Positions 10,798-20,281 of a stretch of 64,000 nucleotides of DNA are shown here, piece by piece. The position numbers and the translations under genes are program-made. The first letter of the stretch is position 1. Each line of letters opens with the position of its first letter. The stretch comes from Candidatus Eiseniibacteriota bacterium (GTDB lineage: Bacteria; Eisenbacteria; RBG-16-71-46), in NCBI GenBank assembly GCA_031364845.1, contig JANLWX010000028.1:32001-96000 (forward strand), given 5' to 3'. The notes beneath the pieces were generated by a model. That model was not told where the DNA came from. It saw nothing but the letters and a program-made list of their open reading frames with translations, and did not search any database.

Positions 10798-11555
10798 ATA
10801 ACCAAGAACCCTCCGCGCCTATCGGCGCGGGGCATGAAATTGCGATCGCGTTCGACGTCGAAACGCTCGACCAGGCGCTCGCGCTCGATGAGCAACTCGG
10901 CGAGGGGCCGGAGTACGCGAAGGTCGGCCTGCAGCTGTTCACTTCAGCGGGCCCCGATGCGGTGCTCGCGCTGGTCGCGCGTCGTCGCCGTGTGTTCCTC
11001 GATCTCAAGCTGCACGACATCCCGAATACCGTGAGCGGAGCCGCTGCGGCCGCGGCACGGCTCGGTGTGCATCTGCTCACCGTTCACGCGGCGGGCGGGG
11101 AGGACATGATGCGCGCCGCGGTCGACGGTGTCGCGCGCGCCGGTGGTGAGACGCGCGTGGTCGCGGTCACGCTGCTGACGAGTCTCGATCCCGCGGCGAT
11201 GCCGCCGGGATTCCCACGGCCCTTCGTGCTCGCGGAAGTGCAGGCCGAGATGCTCGCGGCGACCGAGCGCGCGGGGGCGCACGGAATCGTGTGCTCGGCG
11301 GCCGATCTTCCGGCGTTGCGCGAGCGGCATCCGGCGCCGTTCTACTCCGTGACACCGGGCATCCGCCCCGCGGGCGGCGGTGTGCAGGATCAGAAGCGCG
11401 TCGCGACCATCACCGATGCGATCTCAGCAGGCGCCAGCCTGCTGGTGCTCGGCCGCGCGATCACTGCGGCGACCGATCCGCGCGCGGCGCTTGAAGAGGC
11501 GCGGAGTGAACGGGATCGGGCGTTGTCGGGAGTGCGTTCTTCGCAGCACGCGTAG
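10794..11555 (+). CDS. pyrF: Orotidine-5'-phosphate decarboxylase
   Basis: KVGLQLF, FLDLKLHDIPNTV, VTPGIRP, DQKRV, GRAIT. Confidence 0.97.
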   Translation: MNNQEPSAPIGAGHEIAIAFDVETLDQALALDEQLGEGPEYAKVGLQLFTSAGPDAVLALVARRRRVFLDLKLHDIPNTVSGAAAAAARLGVHLLTVHAAGGEDMMRAAVDGVARAGGETRVVAVTLLTSLDPAAMPPGFPRPFVLAEVQAEMLAATERAGAHGIVCSAADLPALRERHPAPFYSVTPGIRPAGGGVQDQKRVATITDAISAGASLLVLGRAITAATDPRAALEEARSERDRALSGVRSSQHA

Positions 11556-11768
11556 TTCGAACGGAGTTCGAACTGACGTCCGCCCATGGGCCCGGGTCGT
11601 TTCGAATGATGCCGCGTGACCACGATGCCGCGTGTCATTGGGGAATCCCGCCCGGCCCCGCTCCCCGGTCGCGTCGCTTCGCGACGCGACTGGACCGGTC
11701 CTTGCGCTGTCCCTCCCCGAACACTCACGCAGTTCGTGTCTCAGGACGGGAGCGAAAGCGAGAAACGC

Positions 11769-13085
11769 ATGCGCAGGCTACTCATAGCCGCTTTGGTCGT
11801 CAGCAGTGCAATTCCCACGGTCGATGCAATCGGCCAGACATCGAGCGCAAGACGCATGGCCATGGGCGGTGCTTCGCTCGGGGGCGATGCGGCCAATGTT
11901 GCCTACCGGGCGGTGCCGAAGGCGAAGGGGCGGTCGTCGGGTTTCACACTCCCGATCGGTATCGCGGCGGTGGCCGCGAATCCGCCGTCGTTCGATCCGG
12001 ATGATCCGGAGTTCAACATCTTCGAGATCGCAAACCTGGTTCAGAATCCACCGTGGAATCTGCAGCTGGGATCGGTCGAGGCGCCTTCGAACGATGTCGT
12101 GATCGACATCGGCCGCGATCATCTCGCGGTCGACCTCGGTGACATCCGCTCGTATCTGCCGGGCACCGGCGCGCGCATCTCGGCGATGCAGTCGTCGCCG
12201 GGACTGTCGCTCGGGTTCGGTCCGTGGTTCGCGGGGGTTGCGGTCGTCGCTCAGTACGAGAACAACCTGCACCTGAACGAGCCGCTGCGGCTGGCGCTCG
12301 AGGACGCGGCGCCGTTCCTGCCGCAGACCGAGTACGCGGTGATCGACAGTGGGCAGGGCCAGGCGGTCGCAGAGATCCAGACCGGTGCCGCGATCCCGCT
12401 GATGGTCAATGGGAAGAATCCGCGCGAGAAGGGCGGCATGGGTCTGTACGGCGGTGTGCGCGTTTCGCTGCTGCGCGGGCTTGCCTACGGTGACATGCGC
12501 AACGTCGCGGCGTTCGCGACGGCGGACACGTTGTTCGGCAGCACGCCGGTGGTGCTCGACTACACGGGCGACTTCCGCGATGCAGGTCCTGCGGGCGGTG
12601 GCTGGGGACAGGCGTTCGACGTCGGCGCGGTGCTGGTGGCGGGCGGATTCGAAATGGGCGTCGGCGTGAATCACATTGGCGCCAAGGTCCAGTGGAACGG
12701 GCGCGAGCAGCGCACGGTGCGCGACAGCGTGACCGGTGAATACAACGCGCAGGTGGTGAACGACGATGTGTCGTTCTCGACCTCGCTGCCGATCGTTCTG
12801 ACCGCGAACGTCACGCGCCCGATCGCGGGCGTGCTGCTCGCCGCGGACGTGACGCATTCGGATGGCGTGACCCAGGGACATGTCGGCCTCGAGCGCTGGA
12901 TCGGTCCGATCGCGCTGCGTGCCGGTGGACGCATCGACGAATCGAAGGCGCTCCAGGGCGCGGCCGGACTCGGCACGCGTCTGGGCCCTGTCGGTCTCGA
13001 TGCCGCCGTCGCGAGCCATGGCCAGAGCTTCGGAGCCGCCGAACGCGGACTCGAGCTGGCTGTCGGACTTTCCTTCTACCACTGA
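11769..13085 (+). CDS. Putative outer-membrane beta-barrel protein (FadL/PorV/TraF-like superfamily)
   Basis: Signal peptide; ARRMAMGG motif; amphipathic beta-strands; aromatic C-terminus AVGLSFYH. Confidence 0.6.
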   Translation: MRRLLIAALVVSSAIPTVDAIGQTSSARRMAMGGASLGGDAANVAYRAVPKAKGRSSGFTLPIGIAAVAANPPSFDPDDPEFNIFEIANLVQNPPWNLQLGSVEAPSNDVVIDIGRDHLAVDLGDIRSYLPGTGARISAMQSSPGLSLGFGPWFAGVAVVAQYENNLHLNEPLRLALEDAAPFLPQTEYAVIDSGQGQAVAEIQTGAAIPLMVNGKNPREKGGMGLYGGVRVSLLRGLAYGDMRNVAAFATADTLFGSTPVVLDYTGDFRDAGPAGGGWGQAFDVGAVLVAGGFEMGVGVNHIGAKVQWNGREQRTVRDSVTGEYNAQVVNDDVSFSTSLPIVLTANVTRPIAGVLLAADVTHSDGVTQGHVGLERWIGPIALRAGGRIDESKALQGAAGLGTRLGPVGLDAAVASHGQSFGAAERGLELAVGLSFYH

Positions 13086-13098
13086 CCGGAGGCCGCAC

Positions 13099-13704
13099 AT
13101 GCGACTCATGAATGGCTATGTGAAAATGCGAGCCGCGCGCCCGGCTTCGATGTTGATTGCCGCCGTGGTGGCTCTGATGGCGCTGCCCGCATGCGGGCAG
13201 CGCAACGTGGTGCTCAACGTCGACGTGCTGAGCTACATGGACGCCACCGAAACCGAATTCAATTTCGGTCCGGTGCCCGCACTTCCCGGTGGATTCACGA
13301 CCGGCGAGCAGTCGGTGGTTCCGGAAGCCGACATCAATCTGGTCGGCAACTTCGCGGACATCGCCGACATCCACACGGTGAACCTCCGCATCGCGATCGC
13401 CTCCGAGAGCTACTCGGGTGACGGCGCGGACACCCTGCGCTTCTACCTGAGCGAGCCCGGCACCGATCCCCGCACCACACCCGTCGTGATGACGGTGCCG
13501 CTCACGCTCACCGCTTCGGTCGCGGACACCACGGTGACCGAGATCACCGGGGACGAGCGAGTGCTGGGGCTGTTCTCGAGCCAGGCGATGAAGCTCGCGA
13601 TCACGACCTCGCTGCGGGGGCCGAGCAACGGCGACGCGCTCTCGGGGCGGGTGACGATCACCGGGATCGATGCGACGGTGATTGCGGGACGGAAAGCGCT
13701 ATAA
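13099..13704 (+). CDS. Hypothetical lipoprotein
   Basis: GGAGG then ATG; lipobox LPAC-G; beta-rich mature region. Confidence 0.7.
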   Translation: MRLMNGYVKMRAARPASMLIAAVVALMALPACGQRNVVLNVDVLSYMDATETEFNFGPVPALPGGFTTGEQSVVPEADINLVGNFADIADIHTVNLRIAIASESYSGDGADTLRFYLSEPGTDPRTTPVVMTVPLTLTASVADTTVTEITGDERVLGLFSSQAMKLAITTSLRGPSNGDALSGRVTITGIDATVIAGRKAL

Positions 13705-13705
13705 C

Positions 13706-13730
13706 ACTGCGGGTGCGTAGCACCCGCAGT
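13706..13730. terminator. Stem-loop directly after the lipoprotein stop
   Basis: ACTGCGGGTGC-GTA-GCACCCGCAGT, 11-bp stem, no U-tract. Confidence 0.45.
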
Positions 13731-13820
13731 ACGGGGGCAAGCCTGTCGGGGGAAGATTTCCCCTCGCCGGGCCTGCCCGCTTCTTGACATCTATACCCTC
13801 CCGGCCCTACCCCTCGTGGA

Positions 13821-14417
13821 ATGAACCCCGAGCCGCGGCGTAAAGAACCTGTGGAGCCGGGCGACGAGACCGCACTCGTGGTCGCGGCGCAGGGTGGCGA
13901 TGAGAGCGCGTTCGCGGAGATCGTGCGGCGCTATCAGCGTTCGGTGTACCGGGTTGCCTATGGCCTCACGCGCAGTCCGAGCGATGCGGACGACCTCGCG
14001 CAGGAGACGTTCGTGAGGGCGTGGCAGGCGTTCGGGCGCTTCCGGGCGGGCGAACCGCTGCATCCGTGGCTGAGCCGGATCTGCGTGAACCTCGCGTACT
14101 CGCTGTTTCGCCATCGCAAGCGACGGCCGGAGACTTCGATCGAGCCGCTCGTCGAGGCGGGCCAGCAATGGGCGGCAGTCGACGATCCCGAAGCCGAGGC
14201 GGCCGAACGCGAGAGTTCGTCGCAGCTCGAGGCGGCGCTCGCGGAGTTGTCGAGCGAGCATCAGGCGGTGCTCGTGTTGAGGGCGGTGGAAGATTTGTCG
14301 TATGACCAGATCGCGCAGACGCTCGGCGTGCCGATCGGAACCGTGATGTCACGCCTGTCGCGCGCACGCGCCGAACTCAAGGCACGCCTCAAGGCGCGCA
14401 CCGGGGAGAACGAATGA
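13821..14417 (+). CDS. ECF sigma-70 factor
   Basis: DADDLAQETFVRAW (region 2); LSYDQIAQTLGVPIGTVMSRLSRAR (region 4). TTGACA at 13784 and no SD suggest a possible leaderless mRNA. Confidence 0.95.
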   Translation: MNPEPRRKEPVEPGDETALVVAAQGGDESAFAEIVRRYQRSVYRVAYGLTRSPSDADDLAQETFVRAWQAFGRFRAGEPLHPWLSRICVNLAYSLFRHRKRRPETSIEPLVEAGQQWAAVDDPEAEAAERESSSQLEAALAELSSEHQAVLVLRAVEDLSYDQIAQTLGVPIGTVMSRLSRARAELKARLKARTGENE

Positions 14418-15982
14418 AGCACCTCGACGAATCCGAACTCAGCGCGCTGCTGGACCGCGCGCTCGAGGATCGTGAACGGATGGAAGCCGACCGCCACCTC
14501 GCGCAGTGCGCGGAGTGCCGCGAGGCGTTCGCCGTGCTCGAGGCGCAGGACCGAGAGATCGCCACGCTATTGAAGCACGATCCGGGCGAGGCGTATTTCG
14601 CGACGTTCGCGAACCGCGTTCACGAACGCATCCGCGGTGAGGGCGTGGCGATCGATGATGTGTCCGAGTTGCCCGACAACGTGGTTCCCGTGGCGGCGCG
14701 CCGCGCGATCCCGCCTGCGCCCGAATCCCTGCTCGAGCGGCTCGGCCGCTGGTTCAGCGGACCCCGCCTCGCTTGGGCGGGGGCGGCGGTCGCCATGATC
14801 GTGGGTGCCGGTGTGGTGTTCCTCGTCGGCGACGAGAAGCCGGTGCGCACCATCGAAGACCGCACGATCGCCGCGCGCGCGCGACAGGTCGCGGAGCCCG
14901 CGCCGACCACGGCCGCCCCGTCGGCGCCCGAGGCGGCACGTGAGCTTGCCCCGCCACCTTCGACGGGCGCCCGTGAGAACGCGGCCTCCGACATGCGAGC
15001 TCTGGATACGCCGCCGATGGCGGGACTTCAGGCGCAGAAGTCTGAAGTCGCCGAAGAAGAACATTCTGCCGCGACCGATGAAGCGGCGTCATCGTCCGTC
15101 GCGAAAGCTTCCGCACCGCCTTCGGCGGCGCGGGTGATGGGACGCTCGCGCGAGGTGCGCCGCGAACAGGGCGAAGACGTTCCGGTTCAGGATGCGCGCG
15201 CGGCGGCGCCGGTCGCGCCGCCCACCGCCGGCAATCGCGCGGATGCTCAAGCATCGAAGATCCAGCGCATCAAGGAGCAGGCGCGCGCGATCGCGGGCGG
15301 AGCGCTCGAGTCGAAGAAGAAGCCGGGGGAAGTGACGTCGTTCGCCGCGCCGCCCGGCAGCACCGCGCTGGGACTGGAGCAGCCGGGTGCCGTGCGCGTG
15401 TGTGGAACCGTGCGCGATGCGAGCGGGCGCGCGATCTCGGGCGCTCGCGTCGCGGTCGCGGATCTCGGCACCAGCACGAACACGGGTGCGACCGGAAGCT
15501 TCTGCCTCGCGGTGCCTCCTGGAGAGCACACGGTGAGCGTGATGGCGGTCGGCTTCCGCGAAGTGCGCCGCTCGTTCCGCGTGGGCGCGGAAGCGGGCAA
15601 TCAGGACTTCACGCTGACCGCGGTGTCGGTGCTGGGCGAAGCGGGCGGCGAAGCGGACGCCCCGTGGCCTCCGGCCGCCCGCGAGATCGCCGCTGCCGCC
15701 GAGCGCGCGAGCCGCGAAGCCGCGCGCCTGAACACCGCAGAAGCCCACGACCAGGCGGCCGCGCGCTGGCAGCAGGTCACGGAGTCGGTGAAGGTCGGCG
15801 CACCCGCGATTTCCGCGCGCCGTCATCTCGCCGATGCGCGCTATCGCGCGTGGCAACTCGATCCGTCCGCATCGCGCGAAGCGTCAGCGATGTCGGCGAT
15901 CTCGTCCTACCTCGCCGCGGGCCCCGGCAGCGCCGAGCGCGAACGCGCGCAACGCCGCCTCGAAGAACTCCAGCGCCGCTAG
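14414..15982 (+). CDS. Zinc-finger (HxxxCxxC) anti-sigma factor with TM helix and periplasmic carboxypeptidase-regulatory-like domain
   Basis: HLAQCAEC; one TM segment; GTVRDASGRAISGARV...GSFCLAVPPGEHTVSVMAVGF; ATGA overlap with the sigma gene. Confidence 0.85.
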   Translation: MKHLDESELSALLDRALEDRERMEADRHLAQCAECREAFAVLEAQDREIATLLKHDPGEAYFATFANRVHERIRGEGVAIDDVSELPDNVVPVAARRAIPPAPESLLERLGRWFSGPRLAWAGAAVAMIVGAGVVFLVGDEKPVRTIEDRTIAARARQVAEPAPTTAAPSAPEAARELAPPPSTGARENAASDMRALDTPPMAGLQAQKSEVAEEEHSAATDEAASSSVAKASAPPSAARVMGRSREVRREQGEDVPVQDARAAAPVAPPTAGNRADAQASKIQRIKEQARAIAGGALESKKKPGEVTSFAAPPGSTALGLEQPGAVRVCGTVRDASGRAISGARVAVADLGTSTNTGATGSFCLAVPPGEHTVSVMAVGFREVRRSFRVGAEAGNQDFTLTAVSVLGEAGGEADAPWPPAAREIAAAAERASREAARLNTAEAHDQAAARWQQVTESVKVGAPAISARRHLADARYRAWQLDPSASREASAMSAISSYLAAGPGSAERERAQRRLEELQRR

Positions 15983-16097
15983 GCCAACTCCGAGCGGTTT
16001 CACGATTTCGCTTGTCAGGCACGGTGCCGATCGGCCACCTTCGGCGGGCTTCCCACTCCCCGAACAGGCCGTCAGTCCCTAGCGAGGGTCAGGATCC

Positions 16098-18077
16098 GTG
16101 GCCACCGAGATCGTTACGCCCCCCGAGTTGAAGCAAACCCCCGAAGAGATCGAGCGTCACTGGTTCGAGAACGTCTACGCCGGTGACCGCATGCCGCAGC
16201 TCACCCCGCGCGCCCTGATCATGGGGATGATGCTGGGTGCCGTGATGTCGCTGTCGAACGTGTACGTCGGTCTCAAGGCGGGATGGGGGCTCGGGGTGGC
16301 GATCACCTCCAGCATCCTCGCGTTCGCGGCGTTCTCGACCATGCACAAGCTGTTTCCCAAGCAATTTCCCGAGTTCAGCATCCTCGAGAACAACGCGATG
16401 GCGTCGTGCGCTTCGGCTGCCGGTTACATGACCGGTGCCGGGCTCGTGAACGCGATCCCCGCGCTGATGATGCTGCAGCCCGACGCGGTTCCCAGCATGT
16501 GGGTGCTGATGGTGTGGATCGGCGTGATCTCGTGGCTCGGGGTGTTCCTCGCGGTGCCCGCCAAGCGCCAGATGATCAACATCGAGCAGCTCAAGTTCCC
16601 CTCGGGGATCGCCGCAGCGACCACGCTGCGCACACTTCACAATGAAGGCGGGGGAGCGGCGGCCCGCCAGGCTCGCTCGCTCGGGTTCTCGGTCTTGTTC
16701 GGCGCGATCATCACGTGGTGCCGCGACGCTGAGTTCTCATGGTTGAATATCGTGAGGTGGGGCGAGAGTGGTTTCGGGTTCACGAAATTCGCAGCCCCCG
16801 CAACCTGGCCGTCGTGGCTCACGGCGGTCGTGTCGTGGATCCGGTATCCCCATGTTCCCGCGACGTGGCTTCCGGGAGATTGGCTTCCGGGATGGTGGCA
16901 CATCGGCAAGTACCGCATGCGCCAGGATCTCACCCTCGCCTTCGAAGGCTCGCTGCTGTTCGTGGCCGCGGGTGCGATCATGGGAATGCGCCAAGCGTGG
17001 AGCCTGTTGCTCGGCACCGTGATCAACTTCGGCATTCTCGCCCCGATGATGATGGACGCTGGAGTGATTCCTGATGCCGGCGGCAGCGCGCTGCGGCGCA
17101 TCTCGAGCTGGAGCCTGTGGATCGGCGTTCCGATGATGGTGACCTCGGGCCTGCTGCTGTTCATCGTGCAGTGGAAGACCGTGGCGCGCGCGTTCAGCAC
17201 CATCACGAAGATCTTCGTGAAGCGCCACCCCGCCGGGGCCGAAGATCCAATGGACCGGATCGAAGTGCCGGGCTCGTGGTTCATCGGCGGTATGGTCGTG
17301 CTCGGAACGGCGACCGTGATTCTCGGGGAGCTGTTCTTCCACATCCACTGGTGGATGGGCATCATCGCGGTGCTGATGACGTTCCTGCTGGTGGTGGTCG
17401 CGGGGCGCGCGACCGGCGAGACCGACATCACGCCGACCGGTCCGCTCAGCAAGATCACGCAACTCACTTTCGGAGCACTCGCCCCCGGCAACATCACCAC
17501 GAATCTCATGACCGCGAACATCACGGCCGGCGCGTGCAGCCACGCCGGCGATCTGTTGACCGATCTCAAGAGCGGCTATCTGCTCGGCGCCAAGCCGCGC
17601 CAGCAATTCGTCGCCCAGTTCTTCGGCGTGCTGATCGGCACGATTGTCGTGGTGCCCGTGTTCTTCGTCCTGATCCCGAACGCTTCGGTCCTCGGCACCG
17701 ACCAGTGGCCCGCACCGGCCGCCCAGGTGTGGCGCGGAGTGGCCGAGTTGCTCGCGAAAGGCGTGGGGGCGCTCCATCCGACCGCGCGCGTCGGGCTTTT
17801 GATCGGCGCGCTCGCCGGCATCGTGCTCGCGCTGCTCGAGCTGCGATTCCCGAAGCAGAAGAAGTGGATCCCGTCGCCGACCGGGCTCGGGCTCGCGTTC
17901 ACGATCACCGCCTACTACTCGATCTCGATGTTCATCGGCGCGCTGCTCGCGGCGGCGATCATGCGGATGAACAAGAAGGCCGGCGAGGAGTACATCGTGC
18001 CGGTGGCTTCGGGGATCATTGCCGGCGAGAGCCTGATGGGTGTTGCGATCGCGCTGCTCTTCATCCTGGTGCCCTAA
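16098..18077 (+). CDS. OPT family oligopeptide transporter
   Basis: QLTPRAL, NVYVGLKAG, LENN, FPSGIAAA, GETDITP, DLKSGYLLGA, ASGIIAGE. Confidence 0.93.
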   Translation: MATEIVTPPELKQTPEEIERHWFENVYAGDRMPQLTPRALIMGMMLGAVMSLSNVYVGLKAGWGLGVAITSSILAFAAFSTMHKLFPKQFPEFSILENNAMASCASAAGYMTGAGLVNAIPALMMLQPDAVPSMWVLMVWIGVISWLGVFLAVPAKRQMINIEQLKFPSGIAAATTLRTLHNEGGGAAARQARSLGFSVLFGAIITWCRDAEFSWLNIVRWGESGFGFTKFAAPATWPSWLTAVVSWIRYPHVPATWLPGDWLPGWWHIGKYRMRQDLTLAFEGSLLFVAAGAIMGMRQAWSLLLGTVINFGILAPMMMDAGVIPDAGGSALRRISSWSLWIGVPMMVTSGLLLFIVQWKTVARAFSTITKIFVKRHPAGAEDPMDRIEVPGSWFIGGMVVLGTATVILGELFFHIHWWMGIIAVLMTFLLVVVAGRATGETDITPTGPLSKITQLTFGALAPGNITTNLMTANITAGACSHAGDLLTDLKSGYLLGAKPRQQFVAQFFGVLIGTIVVVPVFFVLIPNASVLGTDQWPAPAAQVWRGVAELLAKGVGALHPTARVGLLIGALAGIVLALLELRFPKQKKWIPSPTGLGLAFTITAYYSISMFIGALLAAAIMRMNKKAGEEYIVPVASGIIAGESLMGVAIALLFILVP

Positions 18078-18158
18078 CCGCGGCGCCCGCGAAGCGGGCG
18101 TCGCAGGCCTTCCTGCGATCATGGCGAAGGCGTTTCCCTCCAACTCCGACCCCCCAAC

Positions 18159-18194
18159 GCAACGCGCCGGGCGAAAATCCGCCCGGCGCGTTGC
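18159..18194. terminator. 15-bp perfect stem-loop
   Basis: GCAACGCGCCGGGCG-AAAATC-CGCCCGGCGCGTTGC downstream of the OPT gene. Confidence 0.55.
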
Positions 18195-18289
18195 ATGTCA
18201 ACTCCATGCCCGAACGGGCCGATGACTCCGGATATCCCCCATAGGCGGGGATACCGAGTTTCGAGCCCGTTTTCGCATGGAGGTGTCGG

Positions 18290-19591
18290 TTGAGAACGCA
18301 CGCCCAGCCCCCCGTTGTTCGCCCGTCACGCTCCGCCATGGTCGCGCTGTGCGTGCTCGCGTGCATCACGGCGGCGGTGCCCGCGTTCGCGGCGAAGAAG
18401 AAGAGCGCCGCGGCTGATCCGACGCCCGGGAACATCTCCATGGCCTCGGTGCCGTCGCGCGGTGACGACGGGGCGCTCCCCGATCTCGATCCCGCGGAGC
18501 AGGCGCTATGGCAGCGGCTGTGTTTCCGCGTCGAGGACGCCTTCGACAGCACCCGCGGCGGATTCGTGAGCAAGAACGGCATCCTCGACGAGAGCGCAAT
18601 CGACGTCGCGTTCCTGCTCGGACCGCGCGATCGCCAGGATCGCTGGAACGGCTACGGCGTGTACACGACCCAGTGGATGCTCGGCCTCGAAGACAGCATC
18701 GGCGGCGGGTTCTTCATGCGCCATGAAGTCGTCGCGGGCGGCGGGCAGTTCGAGCGGCCGACGCTGATCAACGCGCGGCGTCTCGAGAACCTGATCGATG
18801 CGTGGGAGCGCACCAACGACACGCGCTACTGGGTGTCGGCGGTGCGGCTGCTCGAATTCGCCGAGCGCAACGTCGTCGATGGGCGCGGTGGATTCACCTC
18901 CGATCCGGTCGGGGACCAGGATCTGGTGCCGCAGGTGAACGGTGTCGCGATCCGCGCGTGGCTCAAGTGGTGGGCCGCCGGGCGCGATCCCAAGCGCCGC
19001 GACTTCGCGCTGCGCAGCATCGACCGCTTGTGGCAGAGCGCGTGGAGCGACAGCGCCGGATTTCTGCGCGCGAATTCGTTCGGCGAGCCGATCGCATGGC
19101 CGCAGCTGAGCGATCAGACCGAGATGGGCCGCGCGCTGGTCATGAGCGCACAGCTCGCCGGACGCCGTGGCGATCTCGAGCGCGCGAAGAAGGTCGCCGA
19201 CCTGATGCTCGCGAACTTCGCCGACGATCGCGGCACGTTCCGCTCGGAAGCCATGGGCCGCCCGGGCAGGCTGCGGCGCGCTCCGGGCCGCGTGCCGCGC
19301 GAGAACGCGCGCGCGGCCCTGTTCCTGTGCGAGTTGGCGCACGTCGCGCGCGCTCCGAAATACTTCGAAGCCGCGCGGTGCGTGTGGCGCGCCTATGCCA
19401 AGGATCTCGAGAAGACCAAGCTCGAAGCCGCCGACTGGGTGCTCGCGATGGACGCGGCGATCTCGCCCGTGTTCCCCAGGCGCCCCTCCGAGACCGCGAA
19501 GCCCGCGGACAAGGCCAAGTCGCCGCGCACCAACGGCAAGACGCGCATGCGTTCTCCGGAGACGAAGATCGGAGCGAGCGGGCAGCGCTGA
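18290..19591 (+). CDS. Secreted protein, probable (alpha/alpha)6 six-hairpin glycosidase-like fold
   Basis: GGAGGT then TTG; signal peptide ending AFA; recurring D..GGF units followed by helices, as in DUF255/AGE-like barrels. Confidence 0.6.
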   Translation: MRTHAQPPVVRPSRSAMVALCVLACITAAVPAFAAKKKSAAADPTPGNISMASVPSRGDDGALPDLDPAEQALWQRLCFRVEDAFDSTRGGFVSKNGILDESAIDVAFLLGPRDRQDRWNGYGVYTTQWMLGLEDSIGGGFFMRHEVVAGGGQFERPTLINARRLENLIDAWERTNDTRYWVSAVRLLEFAERNVVDGRGGFTSDPVGDQDLVPQVNGVAIRAWLKWWAAGRDPKRRDFALRSIDRLWQSAWSDSAGFLRANSFGEPIAWPQLSDQTEMGRALVMSAQLAGRRGDLERAKKVADLMLANFADDRGTFRSEAMGRPGRLRRAPGRVPRENARAALFLCELAHVARAPKYFEAARCVWRAYAKDLEKTKLEAADWVLAMDAAISPVFPRRPSETAKPADKAKSPRTNGKTRMRSPETKIGASGQR

Positions 19592-19612
19592 ACTTCGCGC
19601 CATCGGCGCGAA
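19537..19612 (+). repeat. Left copy of ~76-bp imperfect direct repeat (att-like)
   Basis: 66/76 identical by manual alignment to 24446-24520; ends in palindrome TTCGCGCC-ATC-GGCGCGAA. Confidence 0.85.
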
Positions 19613-19799
19613 CTCTTGTGCGATCGAAGACCCGAGGGAGCGCGGATATTTGATCAGTCCGCGCTCCGAGGTGTCCCTGACTGCGAGCCCGGGCTCTATA
19701 TGTGCTCAGCCGCCAACATGCCTTCAATGGCTCCCACCTCCGCAACACCATGCTCCCACCGAAGTGAAGATAGAACTTCACGCCCCTCGTGTTTTCTGA

Positions 19800-19830
19800 T
19801 TGCAAATAAAGGGGGGGGGGGGCGTAACGT
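19800..19830 (+). promoter_or_regulatory. Sigma70-like promoter with a G12 tract in the spacer
   Basis: TTGCAA (19800-05), ATAAA, G12 (19811-22), CG, TAACGT (19825-30); spacer 19 nt. Confidence 0.55.
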
Positions 19831-19891
19831 GGTGCGCGGCTAGTGTGAAACACACACTGCCCTACCATCTGGTTTGGTGGAGGAGCCCTCC

Positions 19892-20188
19892 GTGGAACGC
19901 GAGGTCGCAACGTCCAGCGAGCACAGACACGTCACGTTCTCATTGGAATCAGCGCTCGAAGCTGCCCAGCCGGGTGCTACCATCGACATCCCTGCGGGCG
20001 AGTACTACGCGAAACCTGGCGGGTGGCTCATTACGAAGAGCATCACGCTCCTCGGGCAGGCGACAGCGGGCGGCGCACTTGGAGTGACGGTTCTAACTAA
20101 AGGCGCGCCTGCGTTTGTGATCGCCCCGGGAACTACTGACGTGATCGTCATGAGCGTCTCATTTGCGGACTGCTCGCCGCCGGCCTGA
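19892..20188 (+). CDS. Short protein resembling the N-terminal cap of a pectin-lyase-like beta-helix (possible fragment)
   Basis: GGAGGAG then GTG; SLESALEAAQPGATIDIPAGEY...ITKSITLLG. Confidence 0.6.
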   Translation: MEREVATSSEHRHVTFSLESALEAAQPGATIDIPAGEYYAKPGGWLITKSITLLGQATAGGALGVTVLTKGAPAFVIAPGTTDVIVMSVSFADCSPPA

Positions 20189-20281
20189 GCTGCTTCTACC
20201 TGCGATCGCATCAAGGCAGTGGGCGCCGGTCGCGTGTTCTATGACTTGCAATCAAATCGATCCATCCAAGCGAGGTGCATC

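Noticed and set aside
11555..11573. LexA box (GTTC-N7-GTTC or CGAAC-N-GTTCG)
   Set aside because: Spacing is N3 rather than N4 for the Gram-positive box, and the downstream genes are not SOS-like; kept only as a generic operator-like site
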